Assembly: GCA_964016885.1 (NCBI GenBank)
Contig: OZ024743.1
Coordinates: forward strand, 68,076,001-68,140,000
Direction: 5' to 3'
DNA: 64,000 bases
Origin: Eledone cirrhosa
Taxonomy: Eukaryota
Numbering within the stretch: position 1 is the first letter of the stretch; the number at the start of each line of letters is the position of its first letter. Positions 29,113-42,200 of the stretch are shown one piece after another. Under the pieces are notes generated by a model that did not search any database, was not told the origin of the DNA, and worked only from the letters and a program-made list of their open reading frames with translations. The position numbers and the translations under genes are program-made.

Positions 29113-29881
29113 TATAAAGAATTAGTATATCTAGTAACATATATATACACAGATGCATACTTATGCTAGCAAATATATAGGTTTTGTCTTAGTAACTTTG
29201 TGGTTCAATGCATGGGGTTGCAGAACAATAATATGAGAGACGTAAAATAAGAAAATTATAAAATTAACTTACTTACTAAAATTTAACTCCAACTAATTAG
29301 TTTCTGAAAGGGAATAAACATAGTTCCGAAGAAACGTACGGAGAAGCCTTTCGTCATCAGGGAAGTCTATTCTCAGCTAAGTTTCCAGGCAATACGTGGA
29401 CACAGGGAACTTATACAAAAATAATTCAGTGGATGGAAAAAAGCAAAGCGTGGACTAAATTCCAAGCCATTGAAAAAATCACTGCCTACTGCGTCGGTGG
29501 CAAATTCAAAAGAATCAGTCACGTGACGTCGAGGTCAATCAGTGAAGAGTGGTTTGTTAAGAAGACAGCAGTCGGACCGTTACTATAGTAGCAGTTTTGG
29601 CCAATTTTTGCTCGACAAAATAATTTGGAGATAATTATAAAGAATTAGTATATCTAGTAACATATATATACACAGATGCATACTTATGCTAGCAAATATA
29701 TAGGTTTTGTCTTAGTAACTTTGTGGTTCAATGCATGGGGTTGCAGAACAATAACATGAGAGACGTAAAATAAGAAAATTATAAAATTAACTTACTTACT
29801 AGAATTTAACTCCAACTAATTAGTTTCTGAAAGGGAATAAACATAGTTCCGAAGAAACGTACGGAGAAGCCTTTCGTCATC
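29113..29881 (-). mobile_element. Retrozyme-like tandem (family E), 523 nt unit x ~1.5
   Basis: Direct repeat 29113/29636; hammerhead at 29286-29366; second hammerhead truncated within CTGATGA. Confidence 0.85.
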
Positions 29882-29886
29882 CTTCT

Positions 29887-29927
<41 letters not shown>

Positions 29928-29935
29928 ATCCTCCT

Positions 29936-29969
<34 letters not shown>

Positions 29970-29971
29970 TA

Positions 29972-30007
<36 letters not shown>

Positions 30008-30032
30008 TAGTATATATTTAACCAGTATATAC

Positions 30033-30103
<71 letters not shown>

Positions 30104-30105
<2 letters not shown>

Positions 30106-31130
30106 TAATTTAATATATCAACTAACATAAGCGCACAGATGCACGCCCATGCTAGCAAATACACAGGTTATGTCATAGTACCTAGGTGGTTCAATGCAGG
30201 AGAATGCAGAACAATAATATAAAAGACGTAAAATAAGAAAATATCTTTTTAAAAAATTTTAATAAATTTTTTACTTACTTACTTAAATTTTCACTCCAAC
30301 TAATTAGTTTCTGCAATGGGATAAAGACAGTTACGTAATCCAACTGTCGAGAATTCATTGCGTCATCAGGGAGTCTATTCTCAGTTAAGTCTCCAGGCAA
30401 TGCGCGGACACTGGCGGCACATATAAAAATAATAATAATTCGATAGATCGAACAGCTGGCGAGGACTGGATTCTATGTACCGAAATTCTCCCTGCTTCAG
30501 GTCAAATGGCCGATTCTAAAGAATCAATCACGTGACACAGAGGCTAGTTAGAAGGAATGGGATGGTAAGATGACTGACGCCTAATAACACCCCAAAAAAA
30601 ATTTTTTTAGAAGTGGTTTTGGCAAGTTTGCTCGACAAATCAGTGATTTGGAGATAAATATAGATAATTTAATATATCAACTAACATAAGCGCACAGATG
30701 CACGCCCATGCTAGCAAATACACAGGTTATGTCATAGTACCTAGGTGGTTCAATGCAGGAGAATGCAGAACAATAATATAAAAGACGTAAAATAAGAAAA
30801 TATCTTTTAAAAAAATTTAAAAAAATTTTTTTTTTTTTTTTTACTTACTTAAATTTTCACTCCAACTAATTAGTTTCTGCAATGGGATAAAGACAGTTAC
30901 GTAATCCAACTGTCGAGAATTCATTGCGTCATCAGGGAGTCTATTCTCAGTTAAGTCTCCAGGCAATGCGCGGACACTGGCGGCTCATATAAAAATAATA
31001 ATAATTCGATAGATCGAACAGCTGGCGAGGACTGGATTCTATGTACCGAAATTCTCACTGCTTTAGGTCAAATGGCCGATTCTAAAGAATCAATCACGTG
31101 ACACAGAGGCTAGTTAGAAGGAATGGGATG
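30104..31130 (-). mobile_element. Retrozyme-like tandem (family F, relative of E), ~560 nt unit x ~1.8
   Basis: Direct repeat 30104/30663; hammerheads at 30293-30374 and 30859-30940: actcc CTGATGA c GCAATG..GACAGTT..AACTGTC..CATTGC a GAAAC taatta GTT ggagt. Confidence 0.88.
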
Positions 31131-31190
<60 letters not shown>

Positions 31191-32340
31191 GTATATACTG
31201 GATAAATATATACTATATTTATATATATATAAATATGGAGGAGGTTATAGTTCACTTGAAGCATTGTGTAATGAGGTATAAACGTTTGTATATGTATAAT
31301 AAAGCCAAAACAATGCAGGTATGGACATAGAATAAAGAATGCAAATGCAAAAGATATTGTTGACAATTAGTCTTTTACCTTAGATTTATTTAAATGTCCT
31401 AAATTTTCGAGATAATATCTCTTCTTCAGAGGGAGTAAAGTTGTCAAACCAGTGTTCGAATAGCTTGCCGAGTCATGCTGACAGGAAATTGTATAGAGTA
31501 TATATTCTATCTCTGATGTCAAAGAGTTAAGATTAGGTGGATAAAGAGTAGTCTCCCTTCAAGAGGGTTTTTTTTTTTGTGTTTTTTGTGTGTGTGTGTG
31601 TGTGTGGGGGGGTTATACAAGCCTGTTTAAGTGTTGTAAGTATGTGAGTGTGTGTGTGTGAGTGTGTGAGTTTGAGAAGATATGTCTATACGTAAATGTG
31701 GGGGATAGATGTTATCTCGTGTTAGAACTGGTTTTGTGTGTGTATGTGTGAAAGAGAATAAGTGGAGGTGTAAGCGTGTGTGTGTGTGTGTGTGCGTGCG
31801 TGTGTGCGTGTGTGTGTGGGGGTTGTGTGTAAATGTGGGGCTAGGAGCTCTATCAAGTTATAAATTGGGTGTTGAGTTCTAGTCTATTATTAATTGGTGG
31901 TTGTGTTTGTCTATAATTAGTGATTCCTTAATTCTAAGATTGCCGAGGTTTCTTTCCTTAGTTTCTATCCTAACTGTTATGGTTTTGTCGGTGTTTTTGT
32001 ATTTAACTAGGTGTTTCTTAAATGAGGAAGCGTAAGTATTGAGGTGTTCTTTTATTCTTATGTGGAGTGGTCTGGTGGTGCTACCTACGTAGAATTTGTT
32101 GCATTTGTCACACTCTAGTCTGTATACGACGTAAGCCTGGTGGCATAGGTATGTGTCGTTGATGGGGCAGTTGGCTAGTCTGCAGCAGTTGTCATGTCTG
32201 GTGGAGTGTCTTTTGGTTAGCTGACCGCGTAGAGAAGGACCTGAGTGGGGCAGTGGATATCTAGTCCCTCTCGTCTGATAGCTCTGCGGATGGCTGTCGT
32301 TGTTTCTTCACTGAACTGTGGGAGCTTCAGGATGCAAGTG

Positions 32341-33480
32341 TTAGTGCCTCGGGTGTGGTGTCCTCTGTTCTTTCTGGCACGGTTTGTGGTGGATATCGTG
32401 TATCCGTTCCAGGAAATGTGTGGTGTGTGTGTCTCGGTCTCTAACGTCTATGCATTTGTTTCGGATACGTGCCAGTTCATTCCTTATGTATCCGAACTTG
32501 GCACCGAGTGGGAGGGCCGATCTGAAATGTACGAACAGGTCCCTGCTGGCGGCTTTTTTATAGAAGCAGGTGTGGATGTTGCCTTCCTCTGTTACCCTGA
32601 GTTGGAAGTCCAGTACGGATAGGGATCCGCGGTCATCGGGGTGTCCCATGCTGAACTTTATACTGGCGTCCATGCTGGAGAATGTTGTGTATATTTTATC
32701 TGCCTCCTCACGAGATGATGTAAGGATGAGTATGTCATCTACATATCGGATGAAGAAGGTATGGGAATGGCAGGTGTTGAGGGCTCGGCATTCGAGCTGG
32801 TTCATGTAGGTGATGGCCAGCTGGCTCGATAGGCTGGATCCCATGGGTAATCCTGTTGTCTGTCTGTATGTGTGGTGGTGGAAGGTGAAGTACGTGTTGT
32901 CTACTGTGAAGGACAAATGCTGGTGTATGTCCGTTGAGTGGAGGCCGTAGCAGTGGATGTCCTCTGCGACCACGCAGTCCGTCAATAAATAGACAGCTGG
33001 ATGAGCGGGGACTGTAGTGTGGGGGGAGACAACGTCGAGGCTAAAGGCGTAACTATTTAGTTTAAGTTGTTCTGGCTGGAATTGGTGTAGTCTACGTTTA
33101 ACTTCGTCGGAGCTACTGACATGCTCGGGAAAGGTGGAGAGTAGAGGCTTGAGGACCTGGGAGAGGGGCCAGGAAATTTTGTATAGGAGTCCTTCTGTGC
33201 TAGAGACGATGGGTCTTATTTGCGTATTAGTGCTATTCTTGTGGGTCTTGATGAGGTGGTAGAAAGTGGGCAGTCTGCTATTTCTAGTGGTGTAGTTGAG
33301 CGTAACTTTATTTGGGAGTTGTCTTCTCCTACATATATCGAACCAGATGGAGTTCGTGTGTTTTTCGATCTGAGCTGCAGTCATGTACGGGATCTCTGTG
33401 TATAATTCATTGTCGCTTAGGTGTTCAAAGGCTAGGTTGTTGTATGTGGCTTGAGAGATGACGCAAAACTCTTTACCTTT
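32341..33480 (-). pseudogene. PLE reverse transcriptase, 5'-truncated
   Basis: 382-aa ORF collinear with the RT at 4375-6039. Confidence 0.9.
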
Positions 33481-34452
33481 GGCCATCACCTACATGAACC
33501 AGCTAGAATGCCGAGTCCTCAACACCTGCCATTCCCATACCTTCTTCACCCGATATGTAGATGACATACTCATCCTTACATCATCCCGTGAGGAGGCAGA
33601 TAAAATATACACAACATTCTCCAGCATGGACGCCAGTATAAAGTTCAGCATGGAACACCCCGATGACCGCGGATCCCTATCCGTACTGGACTTCCAACTC
33701 AGGGTAACAGAGGAAGGCAACATCCACACCTGCTTCTATAAAAAAGCCGCCAGCAGGGACCTGTTCGTACATTTCAGATCGGCCCTCCCACTCGGTGCCA
33801 AGTTCGGATACATAAGGAAAGAACTGGCACGTATCCGGAACAAATGCACCGACGCTAGAGACCGAGACACACACACCACACATTTCCTGGACGTACTCAA
33901 ACTGAACGGATACACGACATCCACCACAAACCGTGCCAGAAAGAACAGAGGACACCACACCCGAGGCACTAACACTTGCTTCCTGAAGCTCCCACACTTC
34001 AGTGAAGAAACAATAACAGCCATCCGCAGAGCTATCAGACGAGAGGGACTAGATATCCACTGGCCCACTCAGGTCCTTCTCTACGCGGTCAGCTAACCAA
34101 AAGACACTCCACCCGACATGACAACTGCTGCAGACTAGCCAACTGCCCCATCAACGACACAGACCTATGCCACCAGGCTTACGTCGTATACAGACTAGAA
34201 TGTGACAAATGCAACAACTTCTACGTAGGTAGCACCACCAGACCAGTCCACATAAAAATAAAATAAAACATCAATACTAACGCTTCCTCATTTAAGAAAC
34301 ACCTAGTTAAATGCAAAAACACCGACAAAACCATAACAGTTAGGATAGAAACTAAGGAAAGAAACCTCGGCAATCTTAGAATTAAGGAAGCACTAATTAT
34401 AGACAAAACACAACCAACAATTAATAATAGACTAGAACTCAACACCCAATTT
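33480..34452 (+). pseudogene. PLE RT C-terminal half + GIY-YIG (inverted copy)
   Basis: 212-aa ORF beginning LAITYMNQLE, followed by a frameshifted endonuclease. Confidence 0.9.
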
Positions 34453-35314
34453 ATAACTTGATAGAGCTCCTAGCCCCCCTCCCCCCACACACATGCACGC
34501 ACGCACACACACACACACACGCTTACACCTCCACTTATTCTCTCTCACACATACACACACAAAACCAGTTCTAACACGAGATAACATCTATCCCCTACAT
34601 TTACGTATAGACATATCTTCTCACACTCACACACTCACACACACACACTCACATACTTACACACACTTAAACAGGCCTGTATAACCCCCCCCCCTAAAAA
34701 AAACAAAAAAACCCTCTTAAAGGGAGACTACTCATTATCCACCTAATCTTAACTCTTTGACATCAGAGATAGAATATATACTCTATACCATTTCCTTTTC
34801 AGCATGACTCGGCAAGCTATTCGAACACTGGTTTGACAACTTTACTCCCTCTGAAGAAGAGATATTATCTCGAAAATTTAGGACATTTAAATAAATCTAA
34901 GGTAAAAGACTAATTGTCAACAATATCTTTTGCATTTGCATTCTTTATTCTATGTCCATACCTGCATTGTTTTGGCATTATTATACATATACAAACGTTT
35001 ATATATATATATGTATATATGTATATATATATATATATATATATTATATTTATATATGTATGTATATATATATATATATATACACACAACCCCCCCCCCC
35101 TCACAGACACACATGATTTTACAAAAAAAACAAACTATACTTATACACGCGATCATGCACATAAATGCACTCGTGCTTGCGTCTACACTTATACATACAC
35201 ACACAGTCACATATAATTAGTATCACAACCATAACCATTAATATCGTGATTAGCATCATCATCATCACCATCATCATCATAATAGTTATCACCATCATCA
35301 TCAACGGCATCATG

Positions 35315-35625
35315 TATATATCTAAAACAGTGAATGTCTGTCTGTCAGCTCACTAAAACTCGAGTACCGCCCGACCGATTAATTTCAAACTTTACACATG
35401 TAATACTTATGGTCGTGTGAGTGGTTTGAGCAACATTTTAAAATAGAAATAAAAAAATAAAAAAATAAAAACATTCAAATTTCCAATTCTCTAGGCGATT
35501 TCATTAGGCGATTTAGCGAACCCTCTCTATCATTCTTAGTCTTTCTTTTTACATAGATATAACGTTGCGCCCTTATAATATCTATGTATCTCTGGCTGTC
35601 TGCATTACGATATTATGACGCGGTG
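35315..35625 (+). mobile_element. Helitron-like 5' fragment related to 56280-57199
   Basis: Shared ctaaaactcgag..accga..ttcaaactttacacatgtaatacttat..gcattacg. Confidence 0.55.
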
Positions 35626-35626
35626 C

Positions 35627-35671
<45 letters not shown>

Positions 35672-35674
<3 letters not shown>

Positions 35675-35858
35675 ATTGTTTCTACTTTTGGCACAAGGCC
35701 AGCAATTAACTAGTACATTACTGGTACTTTATTTTATCGACCCGGTAATGATGAAAGGCAAAGTTGACCTCGGCGGTATTTGAACACACATCGTAAAGGG
35801 ACGTAACTATGCGGGAAAGCATGTCCGACCTTCGACCGATACTGCCAATCCACCGCCA
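35672..35858 (-). mobile_element. tRNA-derived SINE
   Basis: Full reverse-complement match to the SINE at 1836-2027. Confidence 0.85.
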
Positions 35859-35869
35859 TTATATATATA

Positions 35870-36111
35870 TATAGTAATAATAATAAATTTGAAGACTAAA
35901 ATCCAAAGAAGGCTCGATAAGGATAAATATATATCAAATATATATGAACCGTAGAGCAAATATTTATTAAAATAACAGATTAAAGTTTAAGCAAAGAATC
36001 GCTGATTTCACCCTTAACGGGATCTTCTGAGACTGTTTCAGAAGAGTTTCAGAAGATCCCTTTAAGAGGGAAAGCAGCGATTCTTTGCTTAAACTTTAAT
36101 CTGTTATTTTA

Positions 36112-36118
<7 letters not shown>
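35870..36118. mobile_element. Family B 3' end with fold-back (CAGAAGA hammerhead-like motif in both arms)
   Basis: Arms 35960-36034 / 36045-36118. Confidence 0.75.
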
Positions 36119-36139
<21 letters not shown>

Positions 36140-36145
<6 letters not shown>

Positions 36146-38030
36146 GTAAGTATGCATGCATACGTACATACATATATGTATACAGACGTACAGTAGCATG
36201 CACATATATATATATATACATATATACATACATATGCATACAGGTACACATACATATATGCACGTATCAGTTTAGCGGCGCTAACGTCGCTTTGTTCGTT
36301 TGTAAACAAACTGAACAGCCTGAATTTATGCCATACGGTGTTAAGGCAACCACGTCACCTTTTTGTTCAACACTGACACAGGAACGATGTACTAGTTTCA
36401 AGCTTGTTAGCTATCATCAGCACCGTTTACCCATCTGCCAGATAGTTGAACGTTCGAAAGTATATACTTTCCTTATGAAAATTAACGGCTGAGCAGCCTA
36501 ATTTGCATATTGAGTGAGTTAAATCGGTCAGGCATACCGAAAACGATAAATTGAAACAAAATGAAAACGAAATTTCATTTCTCACTCTTAGTATGGCACT
36601 TACTTAAATGTAAGTATGCATGCATACGTACATACATATATGTATACAGACGTACAGTAGCATGCACATATATATATATATATATACATATATACATACA
36701 TATATATATATATATACATATATACATACATATGCATACAGGTACACATACATATATGCACGTATCAGTTTAGTGGCGCTAACGTCGCTTTGTTCGTTTG
36801 TAAACAAACTGAACAGCCTGAATTTATGCCATACGGTGTTAAGGCAACCACGTCACCTTTTTGTTCAACACTGACACAGGAACGATGTACTAGTTTCAAG
36901 CTTGTTAGCTATCATCAGCACCGTTTACCCATCTGCCAGATAGTTGAACGTTCGAAAGTATATACTTTCCTTATGAAAATTAACGGCTGAGCAGCCTAAT
37001 TTGCATATTGAGTGAGTTAAATCGGTCAGGCATACCGAAAACGATAAATTGAAACAAAATGAAAACGAAATTTCATTTCTCACTCTTAGTATGGCACTTA
37101 CTTAAATGTAAGTATGCATGCATACGTACATACATATATGTATACAGACGTACAGTAGCATGCACATATATATATATATACATATATACATACATATGCA
37201 TACAGGTACACATACATATATGCACGTATCAGTTTAGCGGCGCTAACGTCGCTTTGTTCGTTTGTAAACAAACTGAACAGCCTGAATTTATGCCATACGG
37301 TGTTAAGGCAACCACGTCACCTTTTTGTTCAACACTGACACAGGAACGATGTACTAGTTTCAAGCTTGTTAGCTATCATCAGCACCGTTTACCCATCTGC
37401 CAGATAGTTGAACGTTCGAAAGTATATACTTTCCTTATGAAAATTAACGGCTGAGCAGCCTAATTTGCATATTGAGTGAGTTAAATCGGTCAGCCATACC
37501 GAAAACGATAAATTGAAACAAAATGAAAACGAAATTTCATTTCTCACTCTTAGTATGGCACTTACTTAAATGTAAGTATGCATGCATACGTACATACATA
37601 TATGTATACAGACGTACAGTAGCATGCACATATATATATATATATACATATATACATACATATGCATACAGGTACACATACATATATGCACGTATCAGTT
37701 TAGCGGCGCTAACGTCGCTTTGTTCGTTTGTAAACAAACTGAACAGCCTGAATTTATGCCATACGGTGTTAAGGCAACCACGTCACCTTTTTGTTCAACA
37801 CTGACACAGGAACGAACAAAGCGACGTTTGCGCCGCTAAACTGATACGTGCATATATGTATGTGTACCTGTATGCATATGTATGTATATATGTATATATA
37901 TATATATATGTGCATGCTACTGTACGTCTGTATACATATATGTATGTACGTATGCATGCATACTTACATTTAAGTAAGTTCCATACTAAGAGTGAGAAAT
38001 GAAATTTCGTTTTCATTTTGTTTCAATTTG
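36140..38030 (-). mobile_element. Retrozyme-like tandem array (family G): ~3.5 units of 464-498 nt plus terminal inversion
   Basis: Near-identical units, each with aacggtg CTGATGA t AGC-taacaa-GCT t GAAAC ta GTA catcgtt (36383-36427, 36881-36925, 37345-37389); inverted segment 37811-38030. Confidence 0.92.
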
Positions 38031-38229
38031 TCGATAACTGCTGGATAATTGCTGGCCTTGTGCCAAAAGTAGAAACAATTATTACTATCTGCTGGATTGG
38101 CAATATCGGTAGAGAGTCGGGCGCCATGCTTTCCAACATAGTTACGTCCCTTTACAGACTGAGTTCAAATCCCGCCCAGTAATGTAGTGGGTGATTGCTG
38201 GCCTTGTGCTCAAACTAGAAACAATTATT

Positions 38230-38448
38230 ACTATCATCATCATCACTGTCATCATCAACAACACTTTTCATCATCATCATCACCGTCATCATCATTATCA
38301 TCAACATCACCATCATCATCATCATCACCATGATCCCCATCACTATTACTATCATCATTGTCACTGTCATCATCAACCTCACTTTCATCCCCATCATCAC
38401 CATCATCATCACCATCATCATCATCACCACCGTCATCACCACCATCAG

Positions 38449-38507
<59 letters not shown>

Positions 38508-38840
38508 CCATCATCATTATCATCATCATAATCATCATCCCCATCATCATCATTAGCATCACCATCACCATTATCATCATTAGCATCACCATCACCATTA
38601 TCATTCATCATCATCACCATCATCATCACCATTCATCATCATCACCATCATCATCATCAACATCACCATCTTCATCAGTATCATCACTAATACCCATAAT
38701 CATCATCATAATCATCAACATCATCTTCATCATCATCGTTATTACCATCATCACCATCACAATCATGATCCCCGCCATCATCATCATCATCATAATCATA
38801 ATCATCACCATCATTATCCCCCCTCATCACCATCAACATC
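38230..38840. repeat. Degenerate (CAT)n microsatellite
   Basis: Direct inspection. Confidence 0.97.
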
Positions 38841-38854
38841 ATATATTCCCGTTA

Positions 38855-38890
<36 letters not shown>

Positions 38891-39076
38891 ACTGTCTCTC
38901 CAACTATTGACCAGTTATATATCACAGTTATATACAACACTTCATACTCTGTCATCTCAAACCAACAATACTTCATATATCTTCCATAATGTTAACTTTA
39001 TTATCTTCACTATTTCCTTTCTTATTTCCATACTTTACCGCCTTCCTGTCCATCTCCCCCGTTTTCTCTCTCTCTT

Positions 39077-39201
<125 letters not shown>

Positions 39202-39296
39202 CTATCTGTTTGTCTGTTTATCTATTTATTTATCTATCTAACACTCTCTCTCTGCCTGGCTGTCTGTCTGTCTGTCTCTCTTTGAATATATATATA

Positions 39297-42200
39297 TGAG
39301 TAAAATTTCCTACCTGGGAGACTTAGCCATAAGCAATCAAGCACTATGCATGGCACTAAACGAAACGCACCTGACAAGCAGTATAGCAGATGCAGAAATA
39401 CATATACCGAAATATACTGTATTTCGTTCGGACAGGAAGGAGAAAACTCATGGTGGGGTTGCTCTGTATATCCGTGAAGATGTCACACCAATTGTACTGT
39501 TGACACATTCAAACTCAGTCTGTGACACACTGATAATACATATGAAGCAACTACAGACGGTAATATGTGTCACGTATCGGCCGCCCGATGAAGGGTAAAT
39601 TTCGGCCGCCCAGTCATGAGGGTAAATTTGAGCATAGCCTAAGTAGGATAGAAGAGGTCCTTGACAAACTGGACCAGGGTCTCAACATCCTACTGCTGGG
39701 AGACTTCAACCTACCAAAGGTCAAATGGCCTGAGGGCCACCTCCTCCCTGGAATGACGTCAATAGAACAGAGGACAGACAGAATCCCTGCTGGCCCTCAC
39801 ACACAGGCTGTTCATGGAGCAAGCAATACTCCTCCCAACAAGAGGCGAAAATGTCCTGGACCTCTGTTTTACAAACAACAAAGTGCTCATCCACAATGTA
39901 AAGGTGACACCAACAATTCTCTCGGATCATAACTTAGTAAAGCTAATGATATGTGGTCCAAGAGAACCAACAGAGACAAAACCACCAAGAAGCTCCGGGA
40001 CGCTATCCAACCTTAACTTCTACAAGGCTAACTGGAAAAAGATTAAAAGTGAAATCCGGAAGCAGACATGGAGTGAAAACACTGCCACACAAGACACTAA
40101 TACACAATTTCAACACTTCATAACAACGATACACACCATATGCAAAAAGTGTGTCCCGGAGAAAGAGGCCGAGAGACGCAAACATCTTATTCCCAGAGAT
40201 AGGAAAATCCTTATGAGACGTAGAACTAAACTCTCAAACCAGTTGAATAGTCAACAAAACAAGAACAAGAAGGAATCCCATTTGAAACGTGCACTACTTG
40301 ACACCGAGATTGCACTCAAACTTTCACATGAGAATGAGAGGGCAAAGAAAGAGAACAGGGCCATAGAAAACATTAAAACAAACCCTAGGGCCTTCTTTAA
40401 ATTTGCAAAAGAAACTGCCTCAGTACACTGCAAGATTGGACCACTCTTCCACACGGACGGTTCATTAACCGAAAATCCCCAAGAGTTATGTGAAATACTG
40501 AACGAACAGTACAAAAGTGTCTTCACGTGTCCACTGAGGCACATGCAAATAACGAAGCCAGAGGAGTTCTTTGATGCCACAACACTACATCAAGAAATGG
40601 CAACCATCAACCACATAGACATAACGGAGGAGGATGTAGTGTACGCCATTGATGAAATTAGAACAGACTCGGCTGCTGGACCTGATGGATTCCCAGCAGT
40701 TCTCCTAAAAATATGTAAGCGGGCCTTAGCAACTCAACTGAAGATGCTCTTCAGAAGCTCCTTGGCTAGCGGTGTACTACCCAGGGAGCTGAAAGAAGGC
40801 ACAATATGCCCTATCCATAAAGGAGGTAGTAGAGCGGAGGCCAAGAACTATAGGCCAGTCTCCCTGACGTCGCATATCAGTAAGGTCATGGAGCGAGTCG
40901 TCAGAAAGAAACTAATCACTTTCCTCGAAGAAAATGACCGCCTGACTAGCACGCAACATGGCTTCCGCCCAGGAAGAAGCTGCCTTACACAGCTGCTACA
41001 TCACTACGACTGGGTACTGAGACAATTACTAGACAGCTCACATGTGGACGTGATATATCTTGACTTTGCGAAGGCCTTTGACAAGGTCGACCACGGAATG
41101 ATATGTCACAAACTACACGAACTCGGCATAACTGGAAAAGTAGGTGAGTGGCTGCATGGCTTCCTAAGGGACAGAAGCCAGGCAGTTGCAGCAAATGGGG
41201 CCCTCTCAAAGGAAACACCAATAACAAGTGGAGATGCCCCAGGGGACAGTCCTGGGACCACTACTGTTTTTGGTGGCTCTCTCGGACATGCCCTCTGTGG
41301 TGCATGCAACAGCATCCCTCACTAGCTATGCTGATGACACTAAGGTAGCACAGGCAATCAAAAACCCGGCTGACGCTGCCCTTTTACAGCAGGATCTGGA
41401 TGCCATATACAGATGGGCGGAAGAAAACAACATGCAGTTTAATGCTGGCAAATTCCAAGCCCTACAATACAAACCTGCAAACACAAATACAGTGGAACAC
41501 AGCTACACAGGACCAGGAGGGACCGATATCCCCGTGTCAAAATCGATACGAGACCTGGGCATAGACATGAGCGATGATGCATCTTTTTCTTCACACATCA
41601 TGAAGGTGGCAACATGTAGACGATTCGCTGGCTGGATCTTGAGGACTTTCCTTACAAGAGATCGAGACACCATGTTGACACTGTGGAGGACTTTTGTCCT
41701 AAGCCGCCTGGACTACTGCTCCCAGCTGTGGTCACCCCATAGTGTCAAACTAACCACGGAGCTTGAGGAAATCCAGCGAAGCTACACCAAGAGGATTGCC
41801 AAGATGAGGGAGACAAGCTACTGGGAGAGGCTGAAGAAACTGAACCTCTACTCCTTGGAGCGAAGACGGGAGAGATACGCAGTGATCTACATGTGGAAAA
41901 TCCTGGAGGGACTAGCACCAAACTTTGGCATTGGGAGCTGGACCAACCGTCGAACAGGACGTCACTGTGTGGTGCCAAAGGTCCCGTCTTCCACATCTAG
42001 AATAAGGAGCAGGTATTGCAATAGCCTGGGATTCAAGGGCCCTCAACTCTTCAACAGGCTGCCGAGGCATCTGAGAGACTTGCATGACGTGGAGGTGGAT
42101 GTCTTTAAGAAACATCTCGACACCTTGTTATCCAGGATCCCGGATGAGCCCACAGCAAGATATGAGGGAACCTAAGGGCAGCAGCAACAAACTCCCTCCT

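Larger units (their letters stand above)
31236..35001. mobile_element. Penelope-like element as a head-to-head inverted duplication (minus arm 31236-33480, plus arm 33480-35001)
   Basis: RT motifs SLDVVS, GLPMGSSLS, RYVDDILI; GIY-YIG VVYRLECDKC..FYVGSTTRP in both arms; minimal hammerheads at 31398-31432 (-) and 34848-34882 (+). Confidence 0.93.

Noticed and set aside
36292-37454. Repeated 66-aa ORF in the tandem array
   Set aside because: Antisense to the ribozyme strand, non-ATG start, no recognisable domain; identity merely reflects the repeat.
36140-37815. CRISPR-like or rDNA/snRNA tandem array
   Set aside because: No unique spacers and no rRNA/snRNA similarity recognised; eukaryotic context.
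38191-38989. His-rich, Asp-rich and Met-rich ORFs
   Set aside because: Degenerate (CAT)n repeat with no splice or codon evidence.
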